Below, piece by piece: positions 57,052 through 64,000 of a stretch of 64,000 nucleotides of DNA. Numbering within the stretch: the stretch's first letter is position 1; every line of letters begins with the position of its first letter. A program made the position numbers and the translations under genes. This stretch comes from Alphaproteobacteria bacterium (lineage in GTDB: Bacteria; Pseudomonadota; Alphaproteobacteria; MPNO01): positions 3,168,001 to 3,232,000 of the forward strand of contig OZ219866.1 in the NCBI GenBank assembly GCA_964291675.2, written 5' to 3'. The notes below the pieces were generated by a model that saw nothing but the letters and a program-made list of their open reading frames with translations, did not search any database and was not told the DNA's origin.

Positions 57052-57627
57052 ATGAATAAGTCGGGCTACCACGTCGAGCCGTACACCCCCCATGCGACGG
57101 CGCCGATGGGCACATGGGGGAACGTCGGCGGCGCACTCTCAGCGCAGACCGTCGCGAGCTCGTTCAAGAGCGACTTCTCGGCACCATCCACTACCGCTAC
57201 AACGTGGTGGCCACCGCAGTCCCCGCGAACGGCTATGTCTACGAGGTTCGCGGAAACCATTTCTACGACACCTACATTCCTTCCGGGGCAACAACCGAGC
57301 GCTGGCGGCAGCGCGCCGATCCGCCGGGATGGCTGGGCGAGGGCAACCGGACGGAGCTTCTGTCCCGTACGAGCGCCACGGGCGACTGGGGCTACGTCAC
57401 CCACTCCAACAGGGTCGAATACCTGAGGGCCTTCACAGCGGGCACGGCCGAGCATACAGAGCCGATCTGGACTCGGCTCGGGACGGCGGCGGAGGGACGA
57501 CCAACGTCTTCGACTGGGCGAGACGCTGGAAGACTACGAGGATCGGGTCCCGGCGGACGATGCGATCGCCGCCGCGGCCGTGGAGGCGAGGCGCGAGGCG
57601 CATGCGGGGTGCACCGGCGATGGCTGA
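57052..57627 (+). pseudogene. Frameshifted hypothetical gene remnant
   Basis: Protein-like segments in successive frames (MNKSGYHVEPY.., ..GTIHYRYNVVAT..YDTYIP.., ..TLEDYEDRV..*). Confidence 0.45.
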
Positions 57628-58354
57628 TCACATGAAATCCCGTCGACGCCCCTCAGCGCGCCGCGCGCAGGGACAACTGCGATGACAGATGGCGCAGGTT
57701 TCGGTGAATGAACTCGATAAAAAAAGATATGTCTTCCATATAGTGCCGCGCTTCGAGTCGCTCCACCTGCTCATACGAGTAGCGCGCCTTATAAACCATC
57801 ACGTCTTGGTCGAAATACTCGAGAATATCTTCCAAAGTGGACAGCCTACGGCGGGCAGGCGGTACGGGAGGGTTGGCGGGGTCTTCGAAGTGCAGGTAGG
57901 CGACCATCTTAGTGTTGCAGCCTATGTCCTGGGAGAGCCTGTTGAGGCGCACCTTCTCCAGATTGGGCAGGAGGCTGTACAGTTTTACCAGACCGTGCGT
58001 GTTGTCGTATGGAAGTTCACTTATCCGGAGCATCAGCTTGAACATTAGCTCTAGGGATGTTCCTAAATTGAAGTGCGAGACCGCCTTCATGGACGCGCAG
58101 GCGTCGGAGTTCTCGTCCACATTGGCCTTTCGTATCCACGCTTCCAAGAGGCGGGCGGCCTCCTTGAAGTCATGAATATTTTGGCAGAGAAACGTGAGGG
58201 CGAGCCTCTGTTCTGGGTTAGACATTATTGGGTTTCCTTCTCTAGCGCGACCCTGGAAGACTACGAGGACCGGGTCGCGGCCGACGATGCGATCTCCGCC
58301 GCCGCGCTCAAGGCCTCGCGGGACGCGCACGGGGTGTGCGCCGGGCATAGCTGA
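57523..58354 (+). repeat. Imperfect 105-bp direct repeats (57523-57627 and 58250-58354) flanking the HEPN gene
   Basis: They encode TLEDYEDRVPADDAIAAAAVEARREAHAGCTGDG* and TLEDYEDRVAADDAISAAALKASRDAHGVCAGHS*. Confidence 0.75.
57653..58225 (-). CDS. HEPN-like domain protein
   Basis: SLELMFKLML...THGLVKLYSLLP...ARYSYE pattern of HEPN-fold proteins; lower GC than host genes. Confidence 0.6.
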   Translation of the reverse strand: MSNPEQRLALTFLCQNIHDFKEAARLLEAWIRKANVDENSDACASMKAVSHFNLGTSLELMFKLMLRISELPYDNTHGLVKLYSLLPNLEKVRLNRLSQDIGCNTKMVAYLHFEDPANPPVPPARRRLSTLEDILEYFDQDVMVYKARYSYEQVERLEARHYMEDISFFIEFIHRNLRHLSSQLSLRAAR

Positions 58355-58549
58355 TGGGGGACGCTACATATCGCCCAACGTAGCCGCCCCCGGGCGAAAC
58401 GGCACGATCACGCCGTTGTCGCCGGTTTTCCTCTCCGCGATTTCTCCGTCATCGGTACCACCGCCGAAGACATTTCGGCAAGGCGGTGGAGCATAGCCGG
58501 TCGGGTTACTCCGGCGCCCCCTGTTGGCGATCATAGTTCGATTGCGGCG

Positions 58550-58700
58550 CCGGCACCGCGTTCATCACCGCATGGCTCGCATGGGTGTGCCGAGAGTCGT
58601 GCGGCAAGAAACGTATAGGCGCCGGGGATGCGATCAATTCGCACGCATGCGACTGTCGCCGGTACCACCATTGGCATCGGTCGCTGCCGCGCCGACTCAA
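58550..58700 (-). pseudogene. Tyrosine integrase C-terminal remnant
   Basis: PHDSRHTHASHAVMN corresponds to the HDLRHT box II motif. Confidence 0.65.
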
Positions 58701-58952
58701 CCCCGTCTCCGCGCGCGGCGCATCGCGCGCTGCCGGTGCCATCGCCGCCACCCGTTCCTTCCATTCGAGGCGGCGCGATGGTCGTGTCCCCACGATGGGT
58801 CTGACCACCGTGACGAGTTGCGCCCGGCCATCGTCATCCTCCTCCATCGCCTGTGCGTATCTCTCCATCCCCGTCACCAGATTGCGCGTCCCCGCGCACG
58901 CGCCGGCGGGAGCGAGGGTCTGGCCGGGAGCGGGGCGGCCGGGCGGCGCTGC

Positions 58953-59205
58953 AGAGAGCCCCCGGCCTTCGCCATCGCAGACCAATGGGAGGCACGCCAT
59001 GCGGATTCGCCGGCCGTCGCAGCGCAGCGCACACACGTGCCGAGATCAAGCGCCGAACCAACGTCGTCGGCATCTTCCCCAACGAAGACGCCGTCACCCG
59101 CCTTCGGCGCCTGGTTCGGACGTATTCTGCGGAGAGAGCCCCCGGCCTTCGCCATCGCAGACCAATGGGAGGCACGCCATGCGGATTCGCCGGCCGTCGC
59201 AGCGC
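58953..59205 (+). repeat. Perfect 73-bp direct repeat (58953-59025 and 59133-59205)
   Basis: AGAGAGCCCCCGGCC...GGGAGGCACGCCATGCGG...GTCGCAGCGC occurs twice, 180 bp apart. Confidence 0.9.
59041..59105 (+). pseudogene. IS256-family transposase fragment
   Basis: EIKRRTNVVGIFPNEDAVTRL matches the IS256/mutator C-terminal motif. Confidence 0.7.
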
Positions 59206-59469
59206 GGGCTCGACGGGGAGCGCTACGTGGTCGAGCGCTTCCGCTCCCGGCCCGACGGGCAGATCGACCCGATCGAGGCCGACCAGCCGAAGGCGAAGAA
59301 GGCCGGACGCAGGCCGCGGCGCACCGTCGTCAGCGCGGGCGAGGTCAAGAAGATGAAGCGCGAGCGCGACGAGATCATCATCTGCACCGCACTCGATCTC
59401 AAAGCCTCCGGGGTGCAGCTATGGGGGCTGGCGGCCGGAGGGATTTCCGCAATGCGCTACGCGCGCTGA
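59179..59469 (+). CDS. Hypothetical protein
   Basis: GGGAGG RBS and ATG lie within the second 73-bp repeat. Confidence 0.45.
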   Translation: MRIRRPSQRGLDGERYVVERFRSRPDGQIDPIEADQPKAKKAGRRPRRTVVSAGEVKKMKRERDEIIICTALDLKASGVQLWGLAAGGISAMRYAR

Positions 59470-59484
59470 GCGGGGGCGCCGGTC

Positions 59485-60294
59485 ATGGCCGACCAGGTTC
59501 CCGCGAAGGAGAGCGCCAACGCTCGCCTGCGCCGGCGCCACGCCGCGCGCGTCGCGAGCGGGCTTTGTACCCGGTGCGCCAAGGGTCCACCGGAACCCGG
59601 CCTCAAGGTGTGCGAGAGCTGCGCCGAGAAACGCCGCGCCGCCGACAAGGCCCGCCGCGCCAGGGCCCAGGCCAAGCCCTACGCCGGGCGCGATCCGGTC
59701 AAGTGCCGCCGCGCCAACCGCGCCGGCGACGGGCGCCGCCGCCGGGCGCGGCGCGAAGCGGGACTGTGCGCGGATTGCGGCCTTCGCCAACCCGCCGACG
59801 GCCGTTCGGTCTGCGAGACTTGCCGCGAGGCACAGCGGGCAGCCGAACGCTCCCGGTATGCCGCGCGGCGGGCTGCCGGTCTCTGCGTGCGCTGCGGCGA
59901 GCCGGCGATCGGAGGCACGTCCCGCTGCGCCCGACACGCAGCGCTGGAGGCGGAACGGGTCTCGCCCGAGCGCAAGAGAGCCGTTGATCGAAAACGCTAT
60001 TCCCGGCGCCGCGCCCGAGGCGTTTGCGTGGATTGCGGTGTCTACTCGGCCGGCGCTGCCCGCTGCCCGGCCTGCGCGTACCGCTCCAATACGCGCGCCC
60101 CCGCCTGGCACGCCGCCCGGGTGGGGCCGCCGTTCTACGCCGTGATCGAGGCGGAGTCGGGCATCGACCACGGCACCTATGACACCGAAGCGGAGGCGGC
60201 GGCCTGCCTGGTCTTCCTCGGGCTCCGCATCGACCAGGTGGAAATCCTCTCCAACATGCCTCTCATGGCCCCATCGCTCACCGGAGTGCCGTAG
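59485..60294 (+). CDS. Arg-rich protein with four tandem zinc-ribbon-like repeats
   Basis: Four G(L/V)CxxC-x10-11-CxxC/H modules separated by basic helices. Confidence 0.75.
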   Translation: MADQVPAKESANARLRRRHAARVASGLCTRCAKGPPEPGLKVCESCAEKRRAADKARRARAQAKPYAGRDPVKCRRANRAGDGRRRRARREAGLCADCGLRQPADGRSVCETCREAQRAAERSRYAARRAAGLCVRCGEPAIGGTSRCARHAALEAERVSPERKRAVDRKRYSRRRARGVCVDCGVYSAGAARCPACAYRSNTRAPAWHAARVGPPFYAVIEAESGIDHGTYDTEAEAAACLVFLGLRIDQVEILSNMPLMAPSLTGVP

Positions 60295-60772
60295 CCCTTC
60301 CGCAACCGGGACCAGGGCACCCGCCCAAAACGTGGAAACGCGCGGGAGCCGAACAGGACCTCCAGCGCCCGCGCGTCCAACGGGAGAGTCGCGCATGAAC
60401 GCGGCGAGGCTACATCGCGATCGCCACGCCCCTCAAGACCCGCGGGGGCCCCATCCCACTTAGTGCGCGGATGCCGGCCCCCACCCGGCTTCCACGCTGG
60501 GCGCTTCGCGCCGCGCGGGTGCCGTCCCGCCGGCATCGGTTGTTCCCGTCGACGGCGCCGCTTTCCCGGCACCGGCGCCACGGCCGTGCTCTGCGCCGCG
60601 CCGCCATCCGGTGCGGCCGGCAAGGCTGGCGGCTTCGCGGCAAGCACCGGAGCGGACGGCAGGCGAGAGGAGGTGAGGAGCTTTTGGAGGGGCGAACGGG
60701 AAGGGGATCGAGAGGGTCTCCTCGCCGTTCGTCAACCATCGTCAGCAACCTGGAGAGATAGGAGACACGATC

Positions 60773-61231
60773 ATGGCGTTTGGACTCAACTCCGCGCAGA
60801 TCATTGGCCGCCTCGGCGACGACGTCAGCATCAACCACCTGGCCTCCGGCGGGCGCGTGGCCAACATGAGCATCGCCACCGACGAGAGCTACATCGACCG
60901 GAACGGCGGGGGCGAACGGATCGACAAGACCGAATGGCACCGCGTCGTGACGTTCCAGAGCGGTCTGGTCGACATGCTGGAAAAGCACGCGAAGAAGGGC
61001 CGTCTGGTCTACGTCGCGGGCAAGCTGCAGACCCGCAGGTGGCGCAAGGACGGCGAGGACTCGGACCGCTTCTCCACCGAGATCCTGCTGGTTCCCGGCG
61101 GGCGCGTACAGTTCCTGGACAAGCCCGCCAACGGCAACGGCGCCCCGGCGTCGAACGGTGAGGCGACCGCCCAGACCGCCGCGTCTGGCACCGCCGATCC
61201 CGACGAGACCGCAGGCGAGATTCCCTTCTGA
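60773..61231 (+). CDS. ssb: Single-stranded DNA-binding protein
   Basis: LNSAQIIGRLG, SIATDESY, TEWHRVV, KGRLVYVAGKLQTRRW, C-terminal EIPF. Confidence 0.95.
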   Translation: MAFGLNSAQIIGRLGDDVSINHLASGGRVANMSIATDESYIDRNGGGERIDKTEWHRVVTFQSGLVDMLEKHAKKGRLVYVAGKLQTRRWRKDGEDSDRFSTEILLVPGGRVQFLDKPANGNGAPASNGEATAQTAASGTADPDETAGEIPF

Positions 61232-61262
61232 ATCCCAACTTCGGCATCCTCCCTGCAACTCA

Positions 61263-61291
61263 GGCCGGCGCCTCGCGCGCCGGCTTTTTTC
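61263..61291 (+). terminator. Intrinsic terminator after ssb
   Basis: GGCCGGCGC-CTCGC-GCGCCGGCT followed by a T run. Confidence 0.75.
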
Positions 61292-61492
61292 TTGCCGCCG
61301 GGCCAGAGTCACCGGCCGGGCGGGACGGCATGGGTCGCGCTCCGCGCATCGCCCGCCGTCCCGGCGCCGCCGGGAGGCCGGGTGCCGGCCGGGACCCGGG
61401 CGCATCCCACGCAGCATCGAGAGAGGTCCGGCCATGCGTCCCATCCCCGCTCACGGTCCCGGCTTCGCCGGCCCGCTCGCGAGACGTGCGCG

Positions 61493-62524
61493 GTGAACGC
61501 CGCACGCGTCGCTGCCGCCCTTGCCGGGCGCGCCGAGGAAGTGTGCCGGCGCTACCTCCCCCACGGACGCAGGAGCGGCCGCTACTGGATCGCCGGCGAC
61601 ATTCATGGCGCCAGGGGCCGCTCGCTCTTCGTTCGTCTCGCGCCTCCCGGCACGCCCGGCAAGTGGACCGATTCCGCCGAGGGCACGCATGGCGACCTGC
61701 TCGACCTCGTCCGCATCGCCTCCGGCGCGAGCTCGCTGCGCGCGGCGCTGGCCGAGGCACGCGCCTTCCTCTCGCTGCCGCCCATACCGGCTCCAACCGG
61801 CCCCGACAACCATGATCGGACCGAGGCGGCACGCCGCCTGTGGCGGCGCTGCCGCGCCATCGACGGCACTCATGCCGAGGCCTATCTCCGCGCCCGCGCC
61901 ATCGATCGCTGCCGCTTCCCCGCGCTCCGCTTCCACCCCGCGCTGCTCCATCGCGACGACGGCGGCGTGCGCCGCCTGCCGGCGCTGGTCGCCGCCGTCA
62001 CCGGCGCCGCAGGGGAACACCCTGGTCCAGGGGAACACCCCGGTCACGGCACGCTCACCGGCGTGCACCGCACATGGCTGGACCCGCAGCGGCCCGCCAA
62101 GGCGGCCGTGGCGCGCCCGCGCAAGGCGCTGGGCCGCGTCCACGGCCACGCCGTCCGCTTCGGCGATCCGGCTACCCGCACGCTGCTGGTGGGCGAGGGG
62201 ATCGAGACGGTGCTGTCGGTCGTCACGGCGTTGCCGGATACCGTCGCAGCCGCGGCGCTCTCGGCCGGCAGCCTCGGCGCGTTCGCGCCTCCGCCCGGCC
62301 ACGCCCGCCTCGTCATCGCCCGCGACAACGACCCCGAAGGCGAGCGCGCGGCGGAACGCCTCGCCCGGCGCTGCGCGCGGGCGGGCGTCGCCGCCATCGT
62401 CCTCACGCCCGACGGGGATGACTTCAACGACGACCTCGTTGCCCTCGGTCCCGCCGCGCTCGCCGCCCGCCTCGCGCCGGTCTTTCGCTGCTCGGGAGGC
62501 GGGGGGCCGCGTGCATTGGCCTGA
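61493..62524 (+). CDS. Toprim domain (primase-like) protein of alphaproteobacterial ICEs/plasmids
   Basis: VCRRYLPHG, GKWTD..GDLLDL, LPALVAAV, GVHRTWL, VGEGIET, ARDND, DFNDDL. GTG start inferred. Confidence 0.88.
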   Translation: MNAARVAAALAGRAEEVCRRYLPHGRRSGRYWIAGDIHGARGRSLFVRLAPPGTPGKWTDSAEGTHGDLLDLVRIASGASSLRAALAEARAFLSLPPIPAPTGPDNHDRTEAARRLWRRCRAIDGTHAEAYLRARAIDRCRFPALRFHPALLHRDDGGVRRLPALVAAVTGAAGEHPGPGEHPGHGTLTGVHRTWLDPQRPAKAAVARPRKALGRVHGHAVRFGDPATRTLLVGEGIETVLSVVTALPDTVAAAALSAGSLGAFAPPPGHARLVIARDNDPEGERAAERLARRCARAGVAAIVLTPDGDDFNDDLVALGPAALAARLAPVFRCSGGGGPRALA

Positions 62525-62580
62525 ACGAAGCGCGGGACGGAGAGAGAGAACCCGCCGCAACCCCCGAAGGGGACATTCCG

Positions 62581-62817
62581 ATGGGACGCTACAGAACCGA
62601 CCTCGCCTTCAAGCTCGCCGCCCCCGACGAGGTGCGAGTCTTTCGAGACGGCGAGCACGTCGGCGACATCTTCAAGGACGAGGACATCCTCGATCCGGGC
62701 CGGTTCCACTACCTCATCCATCTCACGGAGGACTGGCGCGGCTGGAAGCGCGTGACCGAGCGCAGCAAGCTGCGCGAGACCGTCGAGCGCTGGGTCGAGA
62801 CCCACCCCCTGCTCTGA
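62581..62817 (+). CDS. Hypothetical protein
   Basis: Good codon usage, purine-rich upstream sequence. Confidence 0.65.
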   Translation: MGRYRTDLAFKLAAPDEVRVFRDGEHVGDIFKDEDILDPGRFHYLIHLTEDWRGWKRVTERSKLRETVERWVETHPLL

Positions 62818-63218
62818 GCCGGCGCCGTTCGCACAGGCCCGCTTCCCGGAAAACCTTCTCGCGGCGGTCGCGTCCGCGGACGCGAAGCGGCTGGCGCCGC
62901 TTGGGACGGACAGGGGACTGTGCCCCGTCGTGATCTCCAATTCTGCCACGCGTGCTCGGTCCGCCAACCGGGGGTCCTCCGCTGCGCTCCGGCGCGGCGG
63001 GCTGCGCTAGACAACGGCGCGCGGCGACCGTGGCTCAGGCCCAACCTCCGCCGGGCTCGTTCCTCGCCAGGCTCCGCTACGGCCTTGCGCCCGCACCACT
63101 CGCCCCGCACCGCCGCCAAGCTCCGCCAGCACCGCGTGGCTCCCCTGCGCGCGCGTGTCCGAAGTGGAGATCACGACGGGGCACAGGGCCCTGGAGGATG
63201 AACCGAAAGGAACTCGAT

Positions 63219-64000
63219 ATGTTCGATACCGGCGCCACACAGACCGCATCGCCCACCGCCGCCGTCTGCGAGAGCATGGCCCTCTACGGCGCCGCGCCCG
63301 AGCGCGGCGAGCTCGACAGCCGCGACGTCTGGGACGAGGACGACGCCATCGACGCGCTGAGCGAAGCCATTCGCGTCATGGTGGAGGGCATCACCGTCGA
63401 GGGGACGCAGATGGCCGACGAGCGCGAGAGCCTGCTGTGGGGCTTCGTCAACTGCTTCCATTCCCAGGTCGCCCGCCTCGACCGGACCATCGACCGCATC
63501 GTCCCGGAGATGAAGGACCTGGAGCGCGCCCAGGACGGCACCGAGGTCAAGGCGCACGAGCTCGAGACCCTGACCGACCGGGCGCGGAACCTCGGCGACC
63601 GCAGGGACGCGTTCGAGACCATGCGCGACGTCGCCGCCGACGCCTACCGCGTCCACACCGGCGACGTCTGGCGCCCGCGCCACGGATCGCACGCCAGCCA
63701 GACCGGAACGCTCACCTCGGCCGCCATCGACGCCCGCGACTTCCGCCGCGCCCGCAAGGACCGCGAGACCCGCGCGCATCTGCCCGACGGCACCCTGGTG
63801 GCGATCGCCGGCGGCAAGAGCGTCGCCGATGCGGACGCGGTCTGGACCACGCTGGACCGCGCGCGCGAGAAGTACGGCGACATGGTTCTGCTGCACGGCG
63901 GCGGTCCCGGCATCGAGAAGATCGCCGCAAGCTGGGCGAACGCGCGCGGCGTCGACCAGGTGGTCTGCCGCCCGGACTGGAGCGCCCACGGCAAGGCCGC
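63219..64000 (+). CDS. DUF2493 (SLOG/YspA-like) domain protein, truncated by the window end
   Basis: LLWGFVN.FH, AQDGTEVK..ELE, TGDVWRPRHGS, TSAAIDARDF, DMVLLHGG..G.EKIAASWA, PDW..HGKA. Confidence 0.85.
   Translation, partial: MFDTGATQTASPTAAVCESMALYGAAPERGELDSRDVWDEDDAIDALSEAIRVMVEGITVEGTQMADERESLLWGFVNCFHSQVARLDRTIDRIVPEMKDLERAQDGTEVKAHELETLTDRARNLGDRRDAFETMRDVAADAYRVHTGDVWRPRHGSHASQTGTLTSAAIDARDFRRARKDRETRAHLPDGTLVAIAGGKSVADADAVWTTLDRAREKYGDMVLLHGGGPGIEKIAASWANARGVDQVVCRPDWSAHGKA

Larger units (their letters stand above)
49750..64000. mobile_element. Integrative genomic island/ICE-like element (left edge approximate, continues past the window end)
   Basis: Abrupt GC drop at ~49750, then integrase, IS1595, pseudogenes and ssb-toprim-DUF2493 backbone. 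No att site identified. Confidence 0.8.

Overview
High-GC alphaproteobacterial chromosome segment (taxon inferred from gene content, GC and REP-type palindromes) in two parts. Bases 1-~49700 are core and catabolic genes: EmrAB efflux, three Fe(II)/2OG dioxygenases with a TRAP transporter, an orphan CoxL/XDH-type molybdoprotein, gloB, metXW, chorismate mutase-hisC-tyrC, a PIN toxin-antitoxin pair, a hydroxycinnamoyl-CoA hydratase/lyase cluster with a TTT transporter, a second TRAP system, and bhcB. REP-like palindromes, a TIR-bounded MITE family and a three-copy cassette for a small membrane-anchored coiled-coil protein are interspersed. From ~49750 to the end is an integrative element: a perfect parS, a tyrosine integrase, an AT-rich IS1595-associated cargo region, a HEPN gene, pseudogenes, and an ssb-toprim-DUF2493 backbone. 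The most unusual signals are in the cargo region. One is a promoter-equipped class II tRNA with a leucine-type body but a glycine ACC anticodon (51672-51759). The other is a ~125-150 nt structured RNA present as two diverged, covarying copies (53234-53386 + and 55158-55310 -), each between a sigma70-like promoter and a gene for a small secreted protein. All calls were made by eye from the sequence and ORF track; no database searches were run.
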